Of a stretch of 54,757 nt of DNA, positions 1 through 11,484 are shown one piece after another. The notes under the pieces were generated by a model. The model had not been told where the DNA came from. It saw only the letters and a program-made list of their open reading frames with translations, and made no database searches. The position numbers and the translations under genes are program-made. Numbering within the stretch: position 1 is the first letter of the stretch; each line of letters starts with the position of its first letter. This DNA is from Octopus bimaculoides (taxonomy: Eukaryota), in NCBI RefSeq assembly GCF_001194135.2, contig NC_068990.1:59996199-60050955 (forward strand), read 5' to 3'.

Positions 1-50
<50 letters not shown>

Positions 51-59
51 ATTATTATA

Positions 60-560
60 CATCATCATCGTTTAATGCCCACTTTCCATGCTAGCATGGG
101 CTGGACAGTTTGATTGAGGTCTGGCAAGCCAGTGGGCTGCACCAGGCTCCAATGTTTCTGCAGCTGGATGCCCTTCCTAATGCCAACCACTCTGAGAGTG
201 TAGTGGGTGTACTGGCATCGACCAGATTCAGATGGTACAATTTACGTTTCACTAGCACAGGACTCAGTCAAAGGGCACTAGCAATGACCATGTTCAGATG
301 GTGCTTTTTACATGCCACTGGCATGGGAGCCAGACAGGTGGTACTGGCATCGGCTACGTTCGGATAGTGGATTTTACATACCACCGGCCTGGGAGGCATT
401 CAGGGGGCACTGGCATCAACCATGTTTGGATGGTGCATTTTACATGCCACCGGCACGGAAGCCAGTCAGGTGGTACTGGCTACAGCTATGATTTCAGTTT
501 TACTTGACACAACAGATCTTCTCAAGTATATCATATTGTCTGACGCATCAAGGGTACTTT
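60..560 (-). mobile_element. RTE-type LINE 3' UTR/tail fragment
   Basis: Motif tttaatgccc...catgctagcatggg...ctggatgcccttcctaatgccaaccac recurs many times in the window and is contiguous with RTE C-terminal coding sequence at 36030-36620; starts next to a (CAT)n tail. Confidence 0.75.
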
Positions 561-599
561 TAAACGGGCTGGTCATGCATCGCTGGTATTTATAAAAAT

Positions 600-815
600 C
601 ATGTCAAAACTAACATCGCCTGTGCTAATGCCATGTAAAAAGCACTGAGTCCACTTTGCAGAGTAGCTGGTGTTAGGAAGTGCATCCAGTCATAAAATCC
701 CTGCCAAAACAGACACATTAGCCTAGGATAGTTTTTCAGCCTGGTCAGCTCCTGTCAAATGTCCTACCCATGCATGCATATGGACGTTAAACAATGACTG
801 ATAATGATGATGATA
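600..815 (+). mobile_element. RTE-type LINE 3' tail fragment, opposite orientation to the 60-560 copy
   Basis: gttaggaagtgcatccag...catgcatgca...gacgttaaac followed by (GAT)n; reverse complement of the same tail motif. Confidence 0.7.
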
Positions 816-1603
816 CACACACACACACGCACANNNNNNNNNNNNNNNNNNNNNNNNNNNNNNNNNNNNNNNNNNNNNNNNNNNNNNNNNNNNNNNNNNN
901 NNNNNNNNNNNNNNNNNNNNNNNNNNNNNNNNNNNNNNNNNNNNNNNNNNNNNNNNNNNNNNNNNNNNNNNNNNNNNNNNNNNNNNNNNNNNNNNNNNNN
1001 NNNNNNNNNNNNNNNNNNNNNNNNNNNNNNNNNNNNNNNNNNNNNNNNNNNNNNNNNNNNNNNNNNNNNNNNNNNNNNNNNNNNNNNNNNNNNNNNNNNN
1101 NNNNNNNNNNNNNNNNNNNNNNNNNNNNNNNNNNNNNNNNNNNNNNNNNNNNNNNNNNNNNNNNNNNNNNNNNNNNNNNNNNNNNNNNNNNNNNNNNNNN
1201 NNNNNNNNNNNNNNNNNNNNNNNNNNNNNNNNNNNNNNNNNNNNNNNNNNNNNNNNNNNNNNNNNNNNNNNNNNNNNNNNNNNNNNNNNNNNNNNNNNNN
1301 NNNNNNNNNNNNNNNNNNNNNNNNNNNNNNNNNNNNNNNNNNNNNNNNNNNNNNNNNNNNNNNNNNNNNNNNNNNNNNNNNNNNNNNNNNNNNNNNNNNN
1401 NNNNNNNNNNNNNNNNNNNNNNNNNNNNNNNNNNNNNNNNNNNNNNNNNNNNTATTTCTTCATTATTATTAGCATTTTTGTTCTTTTCGAGAACTTAGGA
1501 ATGAAAGCGCTAATAATAATGAAGAAATAAAAGGATTTTTTTGCAAAATTCTGACGACTTTCTTTCTTAATATTCAATTTCTGTATATCTCACCTAACAC
1601 TCT

Positions 1604-1669
<66 letters not shown>

Positions 1670-1693
1670 GTTTATATGTATATTTATATATCT

Positions 1694-1733
<40 letters not shown>

Positions 1734-1925
1734 GCGTGTATATACATGAAGTTAGTGAGGAACAAATAAGATAAGAAGCATTTATGCAAAGCAGCCTCTT
1801 TTGGATGCAGTTAATAATATTAATAATTGTGACTTGAAGCAAAATCATAAATTGACATTTTGTCCTACACTAGAGTTGTGTTTTAGTCAACTTTCATTGT
1901 TTATTTTCTTCATCCTGGCTTACAG

Positions 1926-2000
1926 CCAGATTGTTAGCCTACAAAGAGAAAGTTCACCTGACAAATTGTATTGATAGCAAGCCTGAGGTACAGGTGACAA
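1926..2000 (+). CDS. Candidate internal exon of an unidentified host gene (RLLAYKEKVHLTNCIDSKPEVQVT)
   Basis: Pyrimidine tract ttcattgtttattttcttcatcctggcttacag, 75 nt (multiple of 3), only one open frame, donor ACAA|gtgagt; lies in non-repetitive sequence. No homology recognised. Confidence 0.4.
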
Positions 2001-2084
2001 GTGAGTGATACTAAATTACATTGTATAAATATATATTCATGCATTTACACACACATGCATACATACATACATGCATACATACAT

Positions 2085-2135
<51 letters not shown>

Positions 2136-2761
2136 GGCAGACAAACAGATAGAGAGAGAGAGTGATAGATAGTGCAAAGTTGTAGAGAAACAAAGAGATG
2201 AAGACAGGGGTAGGGACAACAAGCAAGTCTATTAGTTTGATGCTCGGGAAAAATGGAAAAGTCTTTTACGTTTTGAGCTTATACTTTTCAACAGAAAGGA
2301 ATGAGGAAATAAATAGAGAGAGAATGAAGAAAGCGTATTGACTTCAGTGGTCCAGTACATATGTATACATACATACATGTACATACATGCATACATATGC
2401 ATATCATTGTCATCATCATCATAATCATCATTATCAATATCACCATTGTCTTGATTATCTACGTTTCCATGCTTGTGTGGATCCAATGAAAATTATTGAG
2501 AGAAGCAAATTTTCCCATAGCTACATGTCGTTTCTCTTGACAACCATCTATTTCCAAGCTAGATATGCAAGATAATATTTTTTTCCATGTCCAGCCATGT
2601 TTTTATGGCATGTTGCAAATGAATGATGCTGCTTGTATGACAGTGATACACATTTACAAATATCATATTCTGCCAAGACAAAGATATAATAACTATCCTT
2701 ACACCCACTCACAGATATACAAATATACATACATATGCTTGTATTATTTTTATTGCTGTTA

Positions 2762-4165
2762 AGGCGGTGAGCTGGCAGAATTTTTAGCACGCTGGGTGAA
2801 ATGCTTAGTGATTTTATGTTCTCAGTTCAAATTCTGCTGAGGTCAGCTTGCCTTTCATTCTTTCAGGGTCAAAACATTAAGTGCCAATGAAACACTGGAG
2901 TCAATGTAATTGAATATCTCTCTTCCCCAAATTTCAGGTCTTGTGCCTAAAGTAGAAAGGATTATTATTATTGCTGTCAAGACAGTGAACTAATGGAATC
3001 ATTAGCACATTGGACATAATATTTTGCATTCTTTCTGACCCTTTATATTTGGAGTTCATATCCTAGTGATGTCAACTTTGTCTTTCATTCCTTCAGTGGG
3101 CATGTCAATAAAGTGAAGTTCCTGTTAAGTACTGAGGTTAATGTAATTAACTAAGTCTCCCACCATAATTGCTGATCTGGCATTAAAAATTTGAAGCAAT
3201 CAGCATTATATTATTATTGTTAAGGTGGTGAGCTGGTAGAATCATTAGTATGCTGAATGAAATGCTTAGCGATATCTCACCCATTGCTATGTTCTGAGTT
3301 CAAATTCCACCAAGGTCAACTTTGCCTTTCATCCTTTTGGGGCCGATAAATTAAGTGAAACACTGGGGTCATTGAATCAACTAGTCCCCTTCCCCACAAT
3401 TTCAGGCCTTGTGCTTATAGTAGAAAGGATCATTATTATTGTTGTTAATGTGGCAAGCTGGCAGAATCATTAGCACGCTGGGCAAAACGCTTAGCAGTAT
3501 TTCGTCCATCTTCATGTTCTGAGATCAAATTCCCCTGAGGTTGACTTTGCATTTCATCTTTTTGGGGTCAATAAAATAAGTACCAGTTAAGTACTGGAGT
3601 TGAAGTAATCGACTTAACACCTCCTCCAAAATGGCCGGCCTTGTGCCAAACTTTGAAATCATTTCTGTTATTGTTGTTGTCAAGGCAGTGAGCTGACAGA
3701 ATCGTTAGCACACTGGACAAAATGCATAGCAGGATTTCGTCTGTCACTACATTCTGAGTTCAAATTCTGCCAAGCTCAACTTTGCCTTTCCTTCTTTTGA
3801 GGTCAATTAAATAAGTACCAGTTGAATTCTGGGATCAATGTAATCGACCCATCCCCACCTCTCCCAAGCTGCCCTTGTGGCAAAAATTTGAAATAATTAT
3901 CATTGTTGTTGTTGGTATTATTATTAGTAGTGAAGTGGTAAGCTGGCAGAGTTGTTAGCACACTGGGTGAAATGCTTGGTGGTATTTTGCCCATCGCTAT
4001 GTTCTGAGTTCAAATTCCGCTGAGGTCGATTTTACCTTTCATCCATTCGGAGTTGATAAATTAAGTACCAGTTGATTTCTGGAGTCGATCTAATTGACTG
4101 GTCCCCTCTCACAAATTTCAGGCTTTGTGCTTATAATAAAAAGGATTGCTATTATTATTAGTAGT
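2762..4165 (+). mobile_element. Head-to-tail array of six tRNA-derived SINEs (family A here; octopus OK/OR-type, exact family not assigned)
   Basis: Six ~210-230 bp units starting aaggcggtgagctggcagaa-like, with B-box-like gagttcaaattc, each ending in a (TAT/TGT)n tail. Confidence 0.9.
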
Positions 4166-4204
4166 AGTATTCTGCATTCCTAACAGTTCATTTATACTCT
4201 ATCT

Positions 4205-4432
4205 TTCACTTGTCTCAGTCATTAGACTGTGCCCATGCTGGGGCAACGCCTTGAAGAGCTTTTAGTTGAATGAATCAACCCTAGTACTTATTTTTCTTCA
4301 AGCCTGGTACTTATGCTATCAGTCTCTTTAGCCGAACTGCTAAGCTATGAGGATGTAAACACATTGACACCAGTCATTAAGTGGTGGTTGAGGGACAAAC
4401 AGACACAAGGACACATGTGCACGCACACATGA

Positions 4433-4463
<31 letters not shown>

Positions 4464-4605
4464 TATACACACATGAAAGGTTTCCTTTAGTTTCCTTTGG
4501 TGAGCCTAAGGCTATAGTAGAAGACACTTGCTCAAAGTCCCATGCTGTGGGACTGAACCTGGACCCATGTGGTTGGGAAGCAAGCTTCTTACCACACAGC
4601 CATGA
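4205..4605 (-). mobile_element. tRNA-derived SINE (family B) with internal (CA)n
   Basis: Reverse complement of the full-length copy at 41774-42187; tRNA-like head at ~4520-4600. Confidence 0.85.
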
Positions 4606-4849
4606 ATGCATTCATACATACATACATATGTACATACATTTATGCATGCATACATACATACATACATACATACATAGCTCGAAGGAAGCTGTGTGGATAA
4701 TACCGGACTGACTTGGTACCTCAACTTAAGTACCTAATTCAACTGGATATTAATCATTTCTTAACTCGTCATACATACGTACATATGTACATACATTCAT
4801 ACATACATTCATTTATACAGAAATACGTATGTACATACATGCATACATA

Positions 4850-5250
4850 CATGATGGCCGTCCACTTGTGGCTGAGGAAGACCATTGCCGACCTTCAGGA
4901 ACAGAGGTCGGCAATGCCTGTGCAGAGTTTTAGGTCCAATAAGGCTTGCACAACACCTCATAGACCCTCTCCATTTTATTGACATTATCTAGAGACAAGC
5001 CGGAGCAAGATGTCTGGTGCCAATATGAGTCGCAGGCTTAGGGATGTGGGAGCGCTATGATCTCTAGCACAAACCAAAGATCCCCAAAATGTCCAATGCC
5101 ATTCCCTGCATATCTGGTTTTATATCAGAGTTACCTTCTCCTAGAGACATGCTTCAACAAAAGCTGAGGGGCACCTCACTCCCAGTGGTCTTTCAGCACG
5201 CCGGACACCATCCCGGAGTTTCTACGTACCCGTGCTACATACATACATCC
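4850..5250 (-). mobile_element. Short element resembling an RTE 5' UTR, embedded in (TACA)n
   Basis: tcagagttaccttctcctag...gctga segment resembles the antisense of RTE-clade 5' leaders (from memory of family consensus); higher GC than flanks; perfect 12-bp hairpin at 4883-4916. Confidence 0.4.
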
Positions 5251-6049
5251 ATACATACATATATGAAAGTATGTATATAATATTTTATTTGATGTGGGAT
5301 GACAATCATCAAATAAAGTATAAATGGAAGAGAATTTTGGCTGTTCTTCTGGACCTAGTATTGAAAACTACTGGCTGGTTTATCTGTCTACTTGGGTTTT
5401 AACCGCTGGCTAATTCTGATGCTTACATAAATTTGATTGATCTGGTGTGCAGCATGCTACACAAGAATAGGGCCAAATAATGCCTATAGTGTATAGCTGG
5501 GAAGCACCATATCCTAATAGAAACTACAAATAATTGGAAGTCAAAATCAGAAATAGTTTTAAAATGCTGCAATGAGAACATATTTTATTTAGCAAATTAC
5601 AAGAGAGAGAAAGAATGTTGAAGAAAGTGATAAGCGTGATTAAACTGAAAGTGAAAAGCAGAGATAAATGAAAGAAAATTTAATAAAGTTAACAATTGGA
5701 TCTGAAGGAGAAAAACATAGAACAAACGCGAAAATGTTGAAATAAAAACTGATGTAAAGTTGCTTCAGTGCAAAGCTGTTCAAACCATATCGGCATAAAA
5801 AAAAAAGGCAGATGTTAAGTTAATGAGGATAGTAAAAACAATGCTGATAATGATGAGGATGGTGATGATGATGATGATGACAACTATGACAATGATGACA
5901 TCGATGATGACAATGATGATGATGATGAGGATAATGTTGAAGGAGAGGAGGAGGGAAATTAAGAAGATGGGGTGAATGAAGATGATGACTTATATTGGCA
6001 CAAGGCCACACATTTGTCAGATGGCGATAAAACAGCATAAATATCTTTA

Positions 6050-6270
6050 TTCTTTTATATCTTTACTTGTTTCAGCCATTTGATTGCAGCCATGCTGGGG
6101 CACCACCTTGAAGGTTTTTATCAAGCAAATCAACACCAGTACTTCTTTTCTTTTCAAGACCAGTACTTACTATATTAATCGTTTTTTGCTGAACTGCTAA
6201 GTTATGGTGACATAAGCAGATGAACACCAGTTGTCAAGTGGTGGTAGAAGACAGACAAAATCACAAACAC
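6050..6270 (-). mobile_element. SINE family B 3' half
   Basis: ttacttgtttcagccatttgattgcagccatgctggggcaccaccttgaag... matches the family B tail. Confidence 0.8.
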
Positions 6271-6339
6271 ATTGATCTATCTATCTGTCTGTCTGTCTTT
6301 CTAACTATCTATCTATCTCTCTCTATATATATTATCATC

Positions 6340-6497
6340 ATCATCATTTAACGTCCTTTGTCCATGCTTTGTCATGTTTTGTCATGCTTTGTCCATGCTT
6401 TGTCATTGCCTCTGTGAGGCCTGAAGTTTGAAGACCATGCTTCACCACCTTGTCTCATGTCTTCTTGGGTCTATCTCTACACAGGTTCCCTCCACAG
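6340..6497 (-). mobile_element. RTE LINE C-terminal fragment
   Basis: Minus-strand translation TVEGTC...RPKKT*DKVVKHGLQTSGLTEAM parallels the RTE end at 36030-36200; abuts the mariner. Confidence 0.7.
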
Positions 6498-7402
6498 TTG
6501 TGTTTGATGAAGAGTGATTAAGCCAACTTTTGCATGGAAATTCTTGTCAAACGACAAGGGAACTGGCAGAGAAAATGGAATGCTCCAGCACTGCTATAGA
6601 GAAGCATCTTCACTCGATGGGAAAGGTTCAGAAGTATAGAGCATGGGTTTCACATGCTTTAAGTGACAACAAAAATCAACGAGCCACAATCTCCGCTGGT
6701 TTGCATGTTTGTCACTGCTCAACTCATGGACACAAGCAACGATTTCTTTACTGAATTGTTACTGGCGACAAAAAATGATGCCTGTACATCAATATGAAGC
6801 AGCGTAAGGAGTGGCTTAACCCCGGTAAACAAGCGACACTGAGTGTGAAACAAGATCATCCATGTAGAGATGATGTTGTGCGTATGGTGGGACTGGGAAG
6901 GGATTATCCATTACAAATTGCTTGAATGGAACCAAACATTCAACGTGGAACTCTATGTTCAACAGATGGAATGACTCAACACGGTTATTCAAGAGAAAAG
7001 ACCTAATCGCCAGCATAGAGTTCTTCTGCTGCATGACAATGCCTGCTCTCATATTGCCAATATGACCAAGGAAGCCATTCAAATTCATGGCTGGGAAGTG
7101 GTGCTACATCTGCCGTACTCTCCTGATTTGGCACCAATGGATTTCCACCACTTTCGATCTCTTTCAAATGCTATGCGCGGAGTTTCATTCAATACTGATG
7201 CAGAATTGAGAGCTTGGTTGGATCAATTTTTCGAGTCAAAACCGGATGATTTCTACCAACGAGGTATTGAAATTCTTGTTGAATATTGGGAAGAAGTTGT
7301 GAACAACAAGGGTGAATACATTATTGATTAATTAATTGTTATTTTTTATTTAAAAAAAAATTAAATAAAAAAAAAACGCTGGGAACTTAGTTGCCAACCT
7401 GA
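6497..7402 (+). mobile_element. 5'-truncated mariner (DD34D) transposon, transposase pseudogene
   Basis: HTH (QTTRELAEKM), VQKYRAWVSHAL, IVTGDKK, MLCVWWDWEGIIHY, HDNA-x34-D with YSPDLAPMD, C-terminus WEEVVNNKGEYIID; stops and a frameshift; 3' TIR cgctgggaacttagttgccaacctga then TA at 7403-7404. Confidence 0.95.
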
Positions 7403-7652
7403 TATATATATATATANNNNNNNNNNNNNNNNNNNNNNNNNNNNNNNNNNNNNNNNNNNNNNNNNNNNNNNNNNNNNNNNNNNNNNNNNNNNNNNNNNNN
7501 NNNNNNNNNNNNNNNNNNNNNNNNNNNNNNNNNNNNNNNNNNNNNNNNNNNNNNNNNNNNNNNNNNNNNNNNNNNNNNNNNNNNNNNNNNNNNNNNNNNN
7601 NNNNNNNNNNNNNNNNNNNNNNNNNNNNNNNNNNNNNNNNNNNNNATATATG

Positions 7653-7684
<32 letters not shown>

Positions 7685-7734
7685 CATATATATGTATACA
7701 TACATACATATATATAGATATATAGATATAAACA

Positions 7735-7900
7735 ATGGGCTTCTTTTAGTTTCTGTCTACCAAATCCACTCACAAGGTATTGTTGGCCTGAAGTTCTAGT
7801 AGAAGGCACTTGCCCAAGGTATCACCCAGTGGAACTGAACCCAGAACCATGCAGTCATGTGATTGGGAAGCATTTCTTACCACACAGCCACACTTGCACC
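7735..7900 (-). mobile_element. SINE family B tRNA-like head
   Basis: ttctgtctaccaaatccactcacaagg...ccacacagccacac motif. Confidence 0.8.
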
Positions 7901-9132
7901 TATGTATAGATTTATACATATTCATTGTGCTTTTATGAGTGTAAGTATGCACATTTAAGAATAAATGTGCTTTCTGTGGTTAGAGCAGCTTTTAGACTGT
8001 CACAGAAGGAGAACAGCATAGAAACAGAGCTAAGAAAAATGTTAACTTGTTGCCATAAGATATTATAAAGCTCCTAATATGTTTATATCAATAACATCTA
8101 ATTGCTGTTGTTATTTTTAATAAGCACTTCCTGCTGACTGAATTCTCTTTGTTTTATGATAAAGTGATATCGCTTCTTTATATACTGATCATTATTCTAA
8201 GATTTTAGATACTGATTGTCTACGACACTGTTTTAGTTGCTATAAAACATTCCTTATTCTATAGTCACATTGTCATTCTCTAGAAAAGTCAGTAGAACAG
8301 ATACTGTCCATTCAGCTGGAGCAGCATTCTATCATTTTCCATGATCAACAAACAAAAATCAATAATTTGTTGAACCATGTCCTTGGAGACTCTTTGATAA
8401 CAGCTCAAACTACAAAAGTGAATTGAGATTATGCAGCTAAAGTTTCAGGAGTATTCTTGGCAGTAGAAATCTTTACATGTCTTAGGCAACTATTCACACC
8501 GAACATCAGTCTTCCTATTAAGATAAGCTTCTGTTACATGGTCTTGTTCAGTCACTAAATTCTCCATTGAGTAAAATTCTTTCTCTGCACAAGCTAACAC
8601 ACTTTTACTGAAAAGCCCCCAAAAAATAATTTTGTATTAACTCTTTGCATGTAGTGTGAGATAAAACCATATTTTTAAAAATCTGTTAATTGGTTGATTT
8701 ATCCAGAGATCATTAGTTTTATATCTTGCGGCCATCTCTTCTTTTCATTATCAAGATTATTTTAATACACTAAAAAAAACCCCATTTTTTTTGTTTTATT
8801 TTCTTAAAACTCATTTTGCTCTTTTCCCTCTAGTGATTCAGATTGATTGCTTTAGTCTTACATTTTTATTCTCACTATCATCTGCTGCTTTTTTAGTTTG
8901 GATTATATTTTATTAATGAAAATATTTTTGTGTTATATTCCTATTTGTATAATTAGTGAGACTAATTTCCCTAAATTACCATCACATTAATTTCAGACCT
9001 TTCTCTATCAGCACTTCTTGTATACCAAAGAGATCTTCAAATTTTAATTATTTTGCATTTTATTTACTTCTTAAGCAGCACAGATCATTTTATATAAAAA
9101 AAATCCCCAAAAAACAAAAAAACACCTTTCCT

Positions 9133-9213
<81 letters not shown>

Positions 9214-9739
9214 CTCATTCCTTGTTTCTAATTACTTCATTCAGAAAAACCTTGGTTTCTGATTCTTTAATTAACCTTCTTTTAAATAATTGTAGCCTAA
9301 GAGTTTCCCATTTCTCACTATAAAGGTAGTTCTATACCAAGTGTGTTAAACGCACTGTTACTTCTTAAAAGTTACATTTTCCAATTATGTAGCAACCATC
9401 ATAAGATTTATCTGTTAAATCAACTGCTGAAAAAGACAGAAACAAACAACAAGAAATATTGCTGAAAATTCAGTTTGTAAATTTTAGTAAGTACATGTTT
9501 TTTGAGAAAAGAGATGAATTCTAACATTTCAGACAGTGCCTTCCTGCAGAGAAAAAAGGAGAAGATAAAGAAATTGCATGACTCTCCAGTTTTCCTCTCC
9601 TCAAACACAGTCTGTCTACATTAACACAATAATTCAATTACAAAGACAAGATCAAATCTTACTTCAAGTTAACTAGAGGATCAACTAATAAAAGAACCCC
9701 TTTGGTCATGAATGACCATGGAATTGTACCCTGAAAGTT

Positions 9740-10020
9740 CTCTTTCAAGGCACACATTTGGGCAAGGTTGTCTATGGGAGACCAGCAGTCACCCATGTAT
9801 ACCAGCCTCCCCACTCTGTGCCACAGATGTTATCCAAGGGAAAAGCAAAGGCCAATATAGCTTGGTACTAGAGACTCATTTTTACAGCTGAGTGAACTGG
9901 AACAACATGAAATAAAATGTCTTGCTCAAGAACACAACACACAGCCCAGTTTGGGAATTGAACTCTCTACCTAATGATTGTGAGCCTGATGCTCTAACCA
10001 CTGAGCCATGTGCCTTGACA
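9740..10020 (-). mobile_element. tRNA-derived SINE (family C)
   Basis: cagctgagtgaactggaacaacatgaaataaaatgtcttgctcaagaacacaac...taaccactgagccatgtgcc; homologous to 25835-26160 and 30990-31200. Confidence 0.8.
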
Positions 10021-10089
10021 CAGGACCACAGTCTAATGACTGAGGAAGATAAAAAATACAGATGAATCAACTAGTACAGACTGTATTTT

Positions 10090-10272
10090 TATCTTTCTCA
10101 GTCATTAGACTGTGGCCATACTGGGGCATTGTTTGAAGAATTTTAGTTGAACAAATCATCCCCAGTACTTACTTTTTCAAAGTCAGGTACTTATACTATC
10201 AGTCTCTTTTGCTGAACCGCTAATTAAAGGGTATGTTAAGACACCAACACTGGTTGTCAAGTGGTAGTGGAG

Positions 10273-10312
<40 letters not shown>

Positions 10313-10470
10313 AGGCTTCTTTCAGTTTCAATCCACCAAATCCGCTCACAAAGCTTTGGTCAGCCCAAGGCTATAGTTGAAGACACTTGCCCAAGCTACC
10401 ATGCAATGGGAATGAACTCAGGACCATGTGATAGGGGAACAAAAATCTTACCACACAGCTACAGCTACAC
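10090..10470 (-). mobile_element. SINE family B, near full length
   Basis: Tail, (CA)n and tRNA-like head as in the other family B copies. Confidence 0.85.
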
Positions 10471-10949
10471 CTCAGAGAAAGGATCATAAAAATAGATTTC
10501 TTGTATATTATTGCTATTATTGTCTCTTATTGTAAGTAAACCCTGAAAAGACTTTGTAATCCTGGTGAAAGAATGATTGCTACTGTATGTTTCTCTTCTG
10601 ATATATAACACAGAAAATTAAAGGAAAATATAGCTTGGAAACAATAGTATAACACCTCTTAGTTAAGAGATTAGCATGGCCCTTGCACAAGGACACACAC
10701 ACACATACACACGACAAGCTCCTTTCAGTTTCCATCTATCAAATCTACTCACAAGGCTTTGGTCAGTCCAAGGCTATAGCAGAAGACACTTGCTCAAGAT
10801 GTCACGTAACAGGAATGAATCCAGATCCATAGAGTTAGAAAGTAAGCGTCTTACCACACAGCTTGTGATGGTGGTATTATGCATTTATACATGTGATAAC
10901 TGCAACTCATTTGCAAGTAATGTCATTACTTGCTTATTCTCTTAAGCGA

Positions 10950-11410
10950 GAGAAGTATGGATATGACTTTTCTATCCTGCCACAGATTTACTCCCTTTTT
11001 ATACAGATGTGACAATCATAGGCTTCACTTGCAGTTAAGTGCTATAGAATTGTTTTGGTGAACCTTCATATGACATTTCAGCTCACCTTCAACATGAAAG
11101 ACATCCTTTTTCAGATGCCCTCCAAGTAGAAATGCTTTGTAATGTGTAGTTAGCAACTGCTTTGAATGTGTGGCTTCTTTGATGACTCTTACGGTCTGCT
11201 TTAATTAGACAGACACACACACTAATTACAAGTAAAATTGGGCTGCATACTAACATACTCTGGCAAATTCACATCAAGAACCTTTAAGACATCTGTCTTG
11301 AGCTGTTCAAACTTGATGCAATTTTGTCTGAATTTCGTCCTCACATCAGGCACTGTTTTCTACATACATATTCCAATCAAAACATCTTCCATCCAGTAAT
11401 GAATTTCATA
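10950..11410 (-). pseudogene. Possible decayed C2H2 zinc-finger array
   Basis: Across shifting minus-strand frames: MKFITGWKMF, KQCLM*GR, TKFRQNC, RKSHQRSHT, KAFLLGGHLKK, ELKCHMKVH, YDCHIC, KSHIHT; each resembles part of a C2H2 repeat, but stops and frameshifts are frequent. Confidence 0.35.
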
Positions 11411-11484
11411 CCTGTGCTAATATTCATAGCTTTGTCAGGCTATGTGCACTATTCCACATCACTCCACCAGTATCTAATGAAGAG

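Noticed and set aside
5427-9605. Other exon-like stretches (5427-5523 minus, ~8283-8425 plus, ~8490-8605 minus, ~9377-9427 minus)
   Set aside because: Each has one weak splice site or more than one open frame, they fall on conflicting strands, and no protein similarity was recognised.
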